This document shows, piece after piece, positions 7,319-15,214 of a stretch of DNA of 46,964 nucleotides (its first letter is position 1; each line of letters begins with the position of its first letter). The notes below the pieces were generated by a model. The model was not told where the DNA came from. It ran no database searches and worked only from the letters and a program-made list of their open reading frames with translations. Source of the stretch: a virus; IMG/VR virus record IMGVR_UViG_3300029720_000024; one strand, written 5' to 3'. A program made the translations under genes and the position numbers.

Positions 7319-7554
7319 ATCCGCCCCTCTACTCTGCCTAATTTATAGGCTTTCCAGTCGTCCCAATCCCCGAATATTGTCTGCATCTGCCACAGCATAA
7401 TTTCCACGTCCGCGCACTCTTCGAGGATTTTCTTTCTGCTGCCTTGGCCGTTTACCCACTTACTAAGTTCAACGGCAAGCTCGTTCAGCTCCTCAACGGC
7501 TTTAATGGCTTGATGCTTTGCACCGTAATGGTCTACTATTTCGCTGTACTTCAT
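7300..7554 (-). CDS. Second MazG-like pyrophosphohydrolase
   Basis: AVEELNELAVELSK...LEECADVEIMLWQM. ATG at 7554. Confidence 0.6.
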   Translation of the reverse strand: MKYSEIVDHYGAKHQAIKAVEELNELAVELSKWVNGQGSRKKILEECADVEIMLWQMQTIFGDWDDWKAYKLGRVEGRIWKEQG

Positions 7555-7744
7555 CGTTGCTCCTGAATAATTCGTCCGCTTCGTGAATAAGTAACTGCTT
7601 ACCGTCAACCTTTGCCCTTAAAAGTGCGCCCTGCATCGTCATTCGGGTGTAGTATTTCTTCGCCGCTTTGAGAGTGGTAAAGGTCTTTCGATAATTCTCT
7701 TTTCCATCGTGGATTTCGTAAAACTCATACGCTTGCAGTTTCAT
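7502..7744 (-). CDS. Hypothetical protein
   Basis: 80-aa ORF whose 3' end overlaps the next gene. Confidence 0.4.
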   Translation of the reverse strand: MKLQAYEFYEIHDGKENYRKTFTTLKAAKKYYTRMTMQGALLRAKVDGKQLLIHEADELFRSNDEVQRNSRPLRCKASSH

Positions 7745-8066
7745 AAATCCCCCTCTTGATTCTTTTTCGTACTGTAAACTCTGATATTCCGGCCTTCTCA
7801 GCCATTTCCCTTACCGTCAACTTTTCTTCGCCTTGCTGTACATAAACCCTGCAACCTGTCTCGTCCTTTTTCCCATCCGCCAGGTATAACGGGCACTCCT
7901 TGACGTGGTAGCTTCCACCATCCCAGCCGCTGTTATCGTGACAGTTTATCGTTGTCGGTCTTGCGTTCCAGCCTTTAACGGGCATCCCATCTTGGCGGCT
8001 CCAACTGCACCCTAAACCGGGTTTATTTGTCGATCTCTGGCACGTCCAACATAGCGTTTGCTTCAT
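7725..8066 (-). CDS. Cys-rich protein with a C-terminal HTH, a paralog of 13011..13394
   Basis: TLCWTCQRSTNKPGLGCSWS..VKGW aligns with TLCWRCRRATNAPGMGCSWS..VEGW. The C-terminus LTVREMAEKAGISEFTVRKRIKRG is HTH-like. Confidence 0.55.
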   Translation of the reverse strand: MKQTLCWTCQRSTNKPGLGCSWSRQDGMPVKGWNARPTTINCHDNSGWDGGSYHVKECPLYLADGKKDETGCRVYVQQGEEKLTVREMAEKAGISEFTVRKRIKRGIYETASV

Positions 8067-8370
8067 ACAACCTCAAAAAATCCTCCGCTTGCATAGTTAC
8101 TAACCACTTTTCGCGGCTCCTTCGGTGGAACACCGCCGGTATAAGCTCCGGCTTTGCGTCGCGCTTCGCCTGCGCCATCCATTCATGGATTTTTGTCGTC
8201 TCGCAGCGTTTGCACTCAACGTGAAAACCAGGTAAACCTATCACGTCCGATGCGTCCCCCGTTTGTCCGCAGTATTGGGAAGTCCGCCGGGCATTGAACC
8301 CGTATTCACGGAACAGGGCGGCAAGCTCCCGTTCTCCGGCTTTGCCTTTTTCTCTCTGCGCCTTACTCAT
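8023..8370 (-). CDS. Putative PD-(D/E)XK Holliday-junction resolvase-like nuclease
   Basis: KGKAGERELAALFREYGF..DASDVIGLPGFHVECKR shows the D..E-x-K pattern. It sits in the replication/recombination module. Confidence 0.55.
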   Translation of the reverse strand: MSKAQREKGKAGERELAALFREYGFNARRTSQYCGQTGDASDVIGLPGFHVECKRCETTKIHEWMAQAKRDAKPELIPAVFHRRSREKWLVTMQAEDFLRLYEANAMLDVPEIDK

Positions 8371-8518
8371 CCCAGTGTATATCCCAGCCGTTACCGTTGT
8401 CGGTGAAGGTCAACACGGTAACGCCATTAACACTTACAACGGCTTTTCCGTCCTTCATGTTGTCCATCACGCTCTGGAATATGGTTTGCGTTATCCACTT
8501 TGCGAGTTCTTCTGTCAT
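8363..8518 (-). CDS. Small hypothetical protein (51 aa)
   Basis: Hand translation gives MTEELAKWITQTIFQSVMDNMKDGKAVVSVNGVTVLTFTDNGNGWDIHWDE. Its ATGA start overlaps the DnaB stop. Confidence 0.4.
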   Translation of the reverse strand: MTEELAKWITQTIFQSVMDNMKDGKAVVSVNGVTVLTFTDNGNGWDIHWDE

Positions 8519-9750
8519 AGTTCCTCCCATTTCACAATTTCATCTTCGTACAGAAAATACTTTCCGTACCATTTCACGCTTAGTTCCCCGGTTCGCCCGT
8601 TTCGGTTCTTCGCCACGATGATGCTCGCGTCCTCGCTTTGCGGGTCGGGTCGGTGAAGGAATAATACCTCGTCCGCGTCCTGCTCTATGGCTCCCGATTC
8701 CCGCAAGTCCGATAGTCTCGGCCTTCCATCGTTCCGGCCTTCTATCGCCCTGTTGAGCTGGCACAGAAGAACGACAGGGGCATTCAGTTCCTTCGCCAAA
8801 AGCTTTATTTTTCGGCTTATGTCGGATACCTCATTTTCCCGCGTGCGGTTCCTCAGGCTGGATTGTATTAGCCCTAAATAGTCAATCGCTATGAGGTCTA
8901 ATTCCCGTTCCTGCTGCTTTATCGCGTAGCATTGTGACCTTATTGCCTCCACGGTATAGGCATTATCCGACAGATACAACCTTGTCGCGCTCAGTTTGCT
9001 TACGGCGTTCTGTATCCTGTCAACCGCTTCCTGACCGCCGCTAAACATTTCATCACGGCTGCACCTCGCATAGCTGATGATCGCCCTTTGAAGCACGTCC
9101 TCCCTCGGCATTTCCAGCGAAAACACCGCTACCGTCCTGTCGAACAACGCCATATTCACGGCTATATTCATGGCAAGTGAGGTCTTGCCTACTGACGGTC
9201 TGGCTCCGATGATGGTTAAATGCCCTCTTTTCAACCCGCCTAACGTCTGGTCGAGAACCTGAAACCCCGTTGTAAGCCCCTCAGCGCCGTTTATAAGCCC
9301 ATATAGGGCCGCGTCAAAGTCTTTCCCTACCCTGCTTACTTTACGCCCTCCACGCGCCCGTACAGCGTCTATAACGCCCTGCATACGGTCAAGGTATCCC
9401 TCGTCCTTTCCCGATTTCATGTCCTTGACCACTTCCCGCAGTCCCGAAATGGCGTGTCGCTTCCTGGATTCCTCCAGCACCACCTTGATGTGATAATCCA
9501 CATTTGCTGCTGATACAGTGCCGGTCACTATTTCCGTGATGTACTGTATCCCTCCGGCCCTGCCGCCCAGCTTGTCAGCTACCGTTACGGGGTCTACCGG
9601 CTCGTTTGCGTTGAAAAGGGCAAAGATAGCGGAAAATATCTCTTGGTGTTCCGGCCTCTCAAAATCGTCAGGTCTCAATTCCCCGCATATTCTCTCTAAA
9701 GCCTCACGACTGAGAAGCGCAGAACCTAAAACAGCTTTTTCGGCAAGCAC
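8515..9750 (-). CDS. dnaB: Replicative DNA helicase (DnaB family)
   Basis: N-terminal AEKAVLGSALL, Walker A GARPSVGKTS, ..LIAIDYLGLI.. and ..AKELNAPVVLLCQLNR... Confidence 0.9.
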   Translation of the reverse strand: MLAEKAVLGSALLSREALERICGELRPDDFERPEHQEIFSAIFALFNANEPVDPVTVADKLGGRAGGIQYITEIVTGTVSAANVDYHIKVVLEESRKRHAISGLREVVKDMKSGKDEGYLDRMQGVIDAVRARGGRKVSRVGKDFDAALYGLINGAEGLTTGFQVLDQTLGGLKRGHLTIIGARPSVGKTSLAMNIAVNMALFDRTVAVFSLEMPREDVLQRAIISYARCSRDEMFSGGQEAVDRIQNAVSKLSATRLYLSDNAYTVEAIRSQCYAIKQQERELDLIAIDYLGLIQSSLRNRTRENEVSDISRKIKLLAKELNAPVVLLCQLNRAIEGRNDGRPRLSDLRESGAIEQDADEVLFLHRPDPQSEDASIIVAKNRNGRTGELSVKWYGKYFLYEDEIVKWEEL

Positions 9751-10415
9751 AGTTTTTCGTAGACTGGATTATCCCATGATGAAGCGCAGGGGACTTCATC
9801 CTCCCAACGCCTTTGGTTCAAAAACGTTGCCGGATGAGGGATATATTGCCCATTGTCTTTTTTCCATTGTGGAGAAGCAGCATAGTCTTTTACTGCCGTT
9901 ACGATCTTCTCCTGCAATTCCTTTGGCGGGTTCAGTTTCTTCCATGCTTTCACAGCGGTTTCTTTCGCGGTGTGACGTGGATACACTTTCCAGAAAACAT
10001 CAAAGCCATCACAAGGGGGTATGGGGGTTATCCCTTTATTGTCTTCTGTCTTATGTCTTCTGTCTTCTGTCTTATGTCTTATGTCTTTAGTAGGCTTAGC
10101 TTTGCTTTCGCTTGCTTCATTTTGCTTAGCTTTGCTTTCGCTTGCTTCATTTTGCTTAGCTTTGCTTTCGCTTGCTTCTGCTGGTTTTCCGCCTTTCGCG
10201 CCGTTTTCCGACCTAATAGCGGATATTTCAGCCTCTCGGTCTATTATTGCCTTGAATATCGGAAACACAAGGCTCTCTCTTCCTCCGTCTTCAGGTATCA
10301 GGCCTGACCGCGCATATTCCAGTATGGCGATAAATAGCCTGCCTTTTTCAGCATCAGAAAGAGCGGATGTTTGCTCTATCCAGTCGTAATAGGCCTTGAC
10401 GTAGCGTTTTGCCAT
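9726..10415 (-). CDS. Replication-module protein (DUF6291-like N-terminus, conserved FW..YP..RWEDE C-terminus) with internal tandem repeats
   Basis: MAKRYVKAYYDWIEQTSALSDAEKGRLFIAILEYA.., three copies of ASESKAKQNE, RHKTED repeats, and ..FLNQRRWEDE. Confidence 0.6.
   Translation of the reverse strand: MAKRYVKAYYDWIEQTSALSDAEKGRLFIAILEYARSGLIPEDGGRESLVFPIFKAIIDREAEISAIRSENGAKGGKPAEASESKAKQNEASESKAKQNEASESKAKPTKDIRHKTEDRRHKTEDNKGITPIPPCDGFDVFWKVYPRHTAKETAVKAWKKLNPPKELQEKIVTAVKDYAASPQWKKDNGQYIPHPATFLNQRRWEDEVPCASSWDNPVYEKLCLPKKLF
10040..10088. repeat. Seven contiguous heptads TGTCTTN
   Basis: tgtcttc tgtctta tgtcttc tgtcttc tgtctta tgtctta tgtcttt, lying inside CDS 9726..10415. Confidence 0.9.
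10095..10181. repeat. Tandem 30-bp repeat, about 2.9 copies (cttagctttgctttcgcttgcttcattttg)
   Basis: Read directly. It encodes the ASESKAKQNE repeats on the minus strand. Confidence 0.9.
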
Positions 10416-10417
10416 TT

Positions 10418-10633
10418 TTACCCCCTTATTCGTTCGTTCAGCACGTCCCTTAACCTTCTCATGTCATCCGGCGCGAAAGAAATTGATTTTTTAATCCGAT
10501 TCTCCCGTTTGTCCCATAGCCCTAACACATAAAAGGGCTTGTAGGTGTCCGGGTATGCCATAAGGTAGAGTTCTATCGACCAGCCCTCACCCTCGCCTAT
10601 CGTGGCAAGGCGGCTTTCTGTTACGTACTCCAT
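10418..10633 (-). CDS. Hypothetical protein
   Basis: 71-aa ORF tightly packed in the operon. Confidence 0.5.
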   Translation of the reverse strand: MEYVTESRLATIGEGEGWSIELYLMAYPDTYKPFYVLGLWDKRENRIKKSISFAPDDMRRLRDVLNERIRG

Positions 10634-10635
10634 GA

Positions 10636-11010
10636 CTAAAAGGGTAAAGGCTCGTCGTCTATTTCGGTAAACCCTGCCAGAGTGTCCGTTTTCTCTCTCG
10701 GCGTGAGAAATTCAACGTTTTCCGCTTTGATTTCGGTTATGTACCGCTTGTTCCCATCCTTATCCTCATAGCTCCTGTTCTGTATCTCACCTTCTATGAG
10801 GACTTTACGGCCCTTTGAAAGGTACTTCCCGCACAACTCGCCCAACTGCCGCCACACTACTATATTGAGATAGTCAACAGGGGGTTTACCGTCAGTGCCC
10901 TTGTATCTGCGCTGCACCGCTACCGTAAAGGTGCATACGCTTGTTCCGCTTGTGGTCGTCCTTAGTTCTGGGTCTTTCGTCAGGTTTCCGGTCAAAATTG
11001 CTTTATTCAT
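10636..11010 (-). CDS. ssb: Single-stranded DNA-binding protein
   Basis: MNKAILTGNLTKDPELRTT..G..V..FTVAV OB-fold pattern with the acidic tail DDEPLPF. Confidence 0.9.
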   Translation of the reverse strand: MNKAILTGNLTKDPELRTTTSGTSVCTFTVAVQRRYKGTDGKPPVDYLNIVVWRQLGELCGKYLSKGRKVLIEGEIQNRSYEDKDGNKRYITEIKAENVEFLTPREKTDTLAGFTEIDDEPLPF

Positions 11011-11326
11011 TTTTCCACTTCCTATACGTTAGTTTTTCTTCGTTCCAATCGGGATACTTTGCCATGAGATACGCTCTCAGCTTTTTTCTAAGCTCCGGCC
11101 TCCTTTCCGAATTATCATAGTCCCTATGGCACTCAGAACACAGCGTAACGATGTTTTGTTCTATCCCCTTACCGTTATGGCTTCGCGGGATAAAATGCGC
11201 CACAGGGCTTCCTACACGCCCACAGAGGACGCATAACTGATGATCTCTTTCCCATACCCGCGCTTTGACCTTCGGGGGTATCTCACACGCCTTGGTTCGC
11301 TTGCTTTTCATTTCGTGTTCCCCCAT
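11003..11326 (-). CDS. HNH endonuclease
   Basis: CVLCG..VAHFIPRSHNGKG..NIVTLCSECHRDYD. The start may instead be the ATG at 11311 (ATGA overlap). Confidence 0.75.
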   Translation of the reverse strand: MGEHEMKSKRTKACEIPPKVKARVWERDHQLCVLCGRVGSPVAHFIPRSHNGKGIEQNIVTLCSECHRDYDNSERRPELRKKLRAYLMAKYPDWNEEKLTYRKWKNE

Positions 11327-11637
11327 TCTCTGGATAGCTGCCCTTCGAGTATCCTTATCTTTAGCTTCTGCGCGTTTATCGCTTCCACCGCCGAATCATA
11401 TAGGCTCTCGGCTATGTCTCGTTCCATTCTCAGCTTGGCTATATCTTCTTCGCCCTTGGCAATGTCCAGAAGGTGTGTTACCGGCTGCCCCTCGGCGCGG
11501 AGGACGGTAAGCCTTTTAGATAGCGCCATTCTGTACTCGCGCTCCGTTTCGGCCTTTTTCCGTCCTCGCGGCTTAAGCTCCTGCACCGCCCTGTCAAGTA
11601 GGGCTTGCTCTGTCATTATTTCGTCCCACAGCTCCAT
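11308..11637 (-). CDS. Hypothetical coiled-coil protein
   Basis: 109-aa ORF in operon context. Confidence 0.5.
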   Translation of the reverse strand: MELWDEIMTEQALLDRAVQELKPRGRKKAETEREYRMALSKRLTVLRAEGQPVTHLLDIAKGEEDIAKLRMERDIAESLYDSAVEAINAQKLKIRILEGQLSREWGNTK

Positions 11638-12231
11638 TTAAGCCCCCTTTGCGTTCAGCTTGTCGAGCGTGGTGCTTAACTGCTCCCGCGTCATATTCCA
11701 CACGTCCACACCGTAGTTCTTTTTCGCCGCTTTATTGGCTAAGTCCACGCTCCCCTTACACAGGGCTATAACTTCTTCCTGCATGGCCTTTATCTCAGGG
11801 TCGGAGGAAAAGTTGTCGTACACGTTGGGCTTGAATTTCGGCTCGTCCTCCGGTAAATCCTCTCCGGCGTAAAGGTACAGCCCCAGGCCGTGACGGGCGA
11901 TTGCCTTTGTGATTGACCTCTGTATGGCCTTGTTAATGTCTGTTGACGTTACCTTTTCAAGGGGTATGCTATGGTTCTTGTAGTCCATGACCGGCAATTC
12001 CTCAATGTGTTCTATGCCGTTTACGGTTACTCCGGTCTTAACCCAACAGGTTTTTCCGTCCGTGAAGTAATTCCAATCGTCTTTATTGTGGTAGATGGTA
12101 GATATGGCGTCGGGGTGGAGCTTCTTTAATTCTCCCCACGCATACGCCCACGAGAGATAATCCAGCCCGTTCTTCTTCTCCACCTTGTCCTTGACGTTGA
12201 CGGAATTAAGTTCTGAAAAATAGTTCTCCAT
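11638..12231 (-). CDS. Rad52/Sak-like single-strand annealing protein (DUF1071-type)
   Basis: ..GLDYLSWAYAWGELKKLHPDA.. and ..AIARHGLGLYLYAGEDLPE. It is adjacent to Gp157 and SSB. Confidence 0.6.
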   Translation of the reverse strand: MENYFSELNSVNVKDKVEKKNGLDYLSWAYAWGELKKLHPDAISTIYHNKDDWNYFTDGKTCWVKTGVTVNGIEHIEELPVMDYKNHSIPLEKVTSTDINKAIQRSITKAIARHGLGLYLYAGEDLPEDEPKFKPNVYDNFSSDPEIKAMQEEVIALCKGSVDLANKAAKKNYGVDVWNMTREQLSTTLDKLNAKGA

Positions 12232-12238
12232 GCTCCCC

Positions 12239-12739
12239 TCACTTTATCTGCAAATTCTGCTTTACAACGATTTCCGCGCCCTCTGCCGTCCCGCCGGATT
12301 TCAGAAGCTCCTTTATCGCCGTTTTGTTAGGCACGGGGGGCTTATAGGTCAGAAGCTCGTCATGCCCCTGCGCCGCCCACTTTATAAAGGCTTCCTCGTT
12401 TACCTCGACGCTTTCTGACTTTCTGAATGTCAGCTTGTTCCGCTTGCTTTCAAACTTTTCCTTATTGGATAGCTGCATCTGCGTTGCAAGGTAGCCTTTA
12501 AGCCACTCGGCCTTATTGGCTTTAGCCTTGGCTCTGGCGGTGAGGTTGTCGGCTTCCTCCTTGATGCTCTTTGCCTCTGCGGCAAGGTTCTTTATCATGC
12601 AGGCCACGTTGTCAATTTTGTCATCGAGCTGCATATCAAGGCTTTCGAGGGTGTCATACACGGCTTCTTCGGGTATCTCTCCACGGTCAACCGCGTCCAT
12701 GAAGTCATTGAGATTCTTCGCTACGTCGTAAAGTGACAT
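12239..12739 (-). CDS. Siphovirus Gp157-family protein
   Basis: MSLYDVAKNLNDFMDAV..DTLESLDMQLDDKIDNVACMIKNLAAEAKSIKEEADNLTARAK.. matches the recalled Gp157 pattern. Confidence 0.7.
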   Translation of the reverse strand: MSLYDVAKNLNDFMDAVDRGEIPEEAVYDTLESLDMQLDDKIDNVACMIKNLAAEAKSIKEEADNLTARAKAKANKAEWLKGYLATQMQLSNKEKFESKRNKLTFRKSESVEVNEEAFIKWAAQGHDELLTYKPPVPNKTAIKELLKSGGTAEGAEIVVKQNLQIK

Positions 12740-13010
12740 TATCTCGCCTCCTGTTTTAAAAGATTAGGGTCATATCGGTCATAGTAGGTGTCCTCAAACG
12801 GTTTGTGGGCTTTAGCTAAAAGGTACTGCTCCATTACACGCCCTCCTTTTTTATCTTTTTGTCTATCGCGTCACGGTAAAGAGCTTTCTAAAGGTCGCGG
12901 TCATGCCGCACTTCGGCAAGCTGTTCCGCAAGCATGACGATTATTTCATCTTTTGTCATTTCGCTTTCCTCCTTGGGATAATCAGTTCTTTTGATATGTT
13001 TTTAGCTCAT

Positions 13011-13394
13011 TCACTCCACTTGCCTGGCGTTAAGCTTGCCGCGCTCGATCAGTTTGTATATTTCGTGCCTGTCGATGCCCAGCCGCTCCCTTGTCTCATG
13101 CGTTGTCAGCCACTCGCCGTCCACTTCGACGATCCACTTCTTTTGTATACGCGGCGGCTCACTTTTCCCGTCCGGTAAAAACAGCGGGCAGGCGCGGATG
13201 ACGTAGGACTGTATAATTGTCGTGTAGTTTTTGCCGTGGTAATAGTCGCTGCTCTTCAGTGTTGTTTCCCTTGCCTCCCATCCCTCAACGGGTTCGGGAT
13301 CGGCGCGGCGAGACCAGCTACAGCCCATGCCCGGCGCGTTGGTCGCCCTCCGGCAACGCCAGCACAGGGTTTGTCCGGTTATGCACGCTTCCAT
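13011..13394 (-). CDS. Cys-rich protein with a C-terminal HTH, a paralog of 7725..8066
   Basis: MEACITGQTLCWRCRRATNAPGMGCSWS... AAAGGAG lies before the ATG at 13394. Confidence 0.55.
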   Translation of the reverse strand: MEACITGQTLCWRCRRATNAPGMGCSWSRRADPEPVEGWEARETTLKSSDYYHGKNYTTIIQSYVIRACPLFLPDGKSEPPRIQKKWIVEVDGEWLTTHETRERLGIDRHEIYKLIERGKLNARQVE

Positions 13395-13496
13395 ATCTAT
13401 CTCCTTTTGCGGGGTGCGAAGGCGTATCCCGCCATGCACCCGATGAAAAACATCGGCACTCCCCAGCTAAAAAATGCTCCCCACATACTTACCTCC

Positions 13497-13655
13497 TTAC
13501 TTCCCGTTGAGTTTTTTCCTGATTGTCCGCGTCACGCTTTCGTGAAAATACCCGTTCACGTCAAACCGCGTTCTTTCCTGCTTCCGACGTTCTTCCTGCT
13601 TCCTTTTCTCCTGCCGCGCCGTTATATCGGCGACAAATTTTTCTCTGCTTACCAC
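13497..13655 (-). CDS. Small basic hypothetical protein (GTG start, 52 aa)
   Basis: Hand translation gives VVSREKFVADITARQEKRKQEERRKQERTRFDVNGYFHESVTRTIRKKLNGK, with GAGGTGA upstream. Confidence 0.3.
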   Translation of the reverse strand: MVSREKFVADITARQEKRKQEERRKQERTRFDVNGYFHESVTRTIRKKLNGK

Positions 13656-13658
13656 GGC

Positions 13659-13988
13659 TCACCTCACATAGTACCCTACGCAGTTATCGTATTTGTGCTT
13701 CCGCTTGGCTTGCAGTTCAAGGCTTTTCTCGTCCTTTACCATTGCCGCCATGCTCCGCACCAGTATGAGGGGGGCGTGGCCGTCGGCGGCGGTCGCCATG
13801 AGGCGCCCATCCCTGCACATGGCGCGTATGGTTCCGGGGTCTACGTTGATGATCTCGGCTGCCCGCTTGGTGGTGACATACTCGCCGTGCATCTTCACCA
13901 TGCGCTCCTCCAGCGCTTCAACGCTGTTTATACGCTCGTCCACGGCGGCGGTTATCATGTCCCGCAGGAGCTTGTTAAAATCGTTCAT
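13659..13988 (-). CDS. HTH (excisionase/MerR-like) DNA-binding protein
   Basis: ..YVTTKRAAEIINVDPGTIRAMCRDGRL. Confidence 0.5.
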   Translation of the reverse strand: MNDFNKLLRDMITAAVDERINSVEALEERMVKMHGEYVTTKRAAEIINVDPGTIRAMCRDGRLMATAADGHAPLILVRSMAAMVKDEKSLELQAKRKHKYDNCVGYYVR

Positions 13989-13991
13989 GGC

Positions 13992-14168
13992 TTACCTCCT
14001 AAATAAAAACCTTTCGCAGCTCTCTCCCGGTATCCGGTGCTTTATTCGTCCGTAGGCGCAATGCCCGCAGTTTACGGGGCTATATGCGCCGCTATAGTAG
14101 GTGTAGTGTTGATAGTAGTGCTGACAGTTGGCGCAGACTGGTTCCCGTTCTCCTATGTTGTATTTCAT
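13992..14168 (-). CDS. First early gene: small Cys-rich (zinc-ribbon-like) protein, 58 aa
   Basis: Hand translation gives MKYNIGEREPVCANCQHYYQHYTYYSGAYSPVNCGHCAYGRIKHRIPGESCERFLFRR, with GGAGGAAGCC before the ATG. Confidence 0.5.
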   Translation of the reverse strand: MKYNIGEREPVCANCQHYYQHYTYYSGAYSPVNCGHCAYGRIKHRIPGESCERFLFRR

Positions 14169-14212
14169 GGCTTCCTCCTAATTCAGTATCGTTTTGTATC
14201 TATTTTAGTTAT

Positions 14213-14240
14213 ATTATAACACTATTTATTGTAGTGTCAA
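14213..14240 (-). promoter_or_regulatory. Early leftward promoter: TTGACA, 16-nt spacer, TGtTATAAT
   Basis: The minus strand reads TTGACActacaataaatagTGtTATAAT, about 45 nt upstream of the first early gene. Confidence 0.7.
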
Positions 14241-14279
14241 TATGGTATTGTTGTAGTAGCGTTTTAGGAGGTTACCATA

Positions 14280-14474
14280 ATGTCAGCTAAAGATGTTTCA
14301 AAGGTCGCTACTCAGGTTCGTTTTAATGAATCTACATACAACCTTCTCTGCCGGATAGCCGAGGAAGAATGCCGCTCAATCAATGCTCAGATTGAATACT
14401 TCGTTAAAAAGGGTGTTGAGGAATACATTCAGAAATACCCTTTTGTCGACCCATCGAATCAATGTTTATACTGA
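14280..14474 (+). CDS. Arc/CopG-like ribbon-helix-helix protein
   Basis: ..VATQVRFNESTYNLLCRIAEEECRSINAQIEYFVKKGVE, with AGGAGG before the ATG. Confidence 0.6.
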   Translation: MSAKDVSKVATQVRFNESTYNLLCRIAEEECRSINAQIEYFVKKGVEEYIQKYPFVDPSNQCLY

Positions 14475-14610
14475 CGTTGGCGTTATAGAGCTTTAGCCCA
14501 AGCCCCATTAGCATCAGCATTGCGGCATTCTTGCTTATCCCCAGCTCCCTAACTATGGCGGTGATTTTACCGTCAAGCTCTTCGGGAAGTCTTATTTGTG
14601 TTGCCGTCAT
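14404..14610 (-). CDS. CopG-like ribbon-helix-helix protein
   Basis: MTATQIRLPEELDGKITAIVRELGISKNAAMLMLMGLGL. Its 3' end overlaps 14280..14474 by 71 nt. Confidence 0.6.
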   Translation of the reverse strand: MTATQIRLPEELDGKITAIVRELGISKNAAMLMLMGLGLKLYNANVSINIDSMGRQKGISECIPQHPF

Positions 14611-14660
14611 AGCTTTATCCCTTTCCTTGCGTTGTATTTCATGGCTTCCTCCCGCTCGTT

Positions 14661-14746
14661 ATAGTGTTCTATTCGCGCACTTCCTATTTATATTATAGTG
14701 TTCTAATCGCGCACTGTCAATACTTTTTAGTGTTCTATTAGCACAC
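14661..14746. promoter_or_regulatory. Three 20-bp direct repeats (ATAGTGTTCTAWTMGCRCAC), putative operators
   Basis: Copies at 14661-14680, 14695-14714 and 14727-14746, with starts 34 and 32 bp apart. Confidence 0.75.
14692..14720 (-). promoter_or_regulatory. Consensus sigma-A-type promoter: TTGACA, 17-nt spacer, TATAAT
   Basis: The minus strand reads TTGACAgtgcgcgattagaacacTATAAT. The middle operator repeat fills the spacer. Confidence 0.75.
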
Positions 14747-14804
14747 TTTTTTTGAACTCTCGTGCGGTGTACAATCAGTACACTACATAAGCGGAGGTGG
14801 CATT

Positions 14805-15026
14805 ATGGATTTCGGCAAGCGCCTTAACCAAACAAGGAAGGAACGAGGGAAAACCGCTCAAAACATGGCTGATATGCTCGGCATTGGTATTCGTTCTTAT
14901 CGTGCTTACGAAAGCAACACCCGCGAACCATACTATGAAACGTTGGTGAAAATCGCCGACTACCTTGACGTGTCTACCGATTTTCTTCTTTGTCGAGATG
15001 ATTTTCTCGCAAAACACGCTGATTAG
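14805..15026 (+). CDS. XRE-family HTH regulator
   Basis: MDFGKRLNQTRKERGKTAQNMADMLGIGIRSYRAYE. Confidence 0.75.
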   Translation: MDFGKRLNQTRKERGKTAQNMADMLGIGIRSYRAYESNTREPYYETLVKIADYLDVSTDFLLCRDDFLAKHAD

Positions 15027-15186
15027 TTTCAAGCAAGTCCTCTAATTTGTCCCATATCCAGATAGCACCTAACTTGTCGCCTGTTTCAATCGCTTTATAG
15101 TAGCGGATATTTATCCCCAAGTATTCCGCTACCGCCTGCTGGGTCAGCCCCTTAGCTTTCCGTGCGGCTTGCAGGTTTAATCTCAT
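14974..15186 (-). CDS. XRE-family HTH regulator
   Basis: MRLNLQAARKAKGLTQQAVAEYLGINIRYYKAIETG. It overlaps 14805..15026 by 53 nt at the 3' ends. Confidence 0.75.
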   Translation of the reverse strand: MRLNLQAARKAKGLTQQAVAEYLGINIRYYKAIETGDKLGAIWIWDKLEDLLETNQRVLRENHLDKEENR

Positions 15187-15214
15187 ATCTTTATCCCTTT
15201 CTTTGGAGGTATTT

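Noticed and set aside
10040-10181. CRISPR-like array
   Set aside because: The repeats are contiguous, with no spacers, and lie in frame inside a CDS. No cas genes are present.
14280-14610. Reading the overlapping RHH pair (and the other RHH genes) as toxin-antitoxin modules
   Set aside because: No toxin-sized partner ORF is co-oriented directly downstream of any RHH gene. The pairs are convergent rather than operonic.
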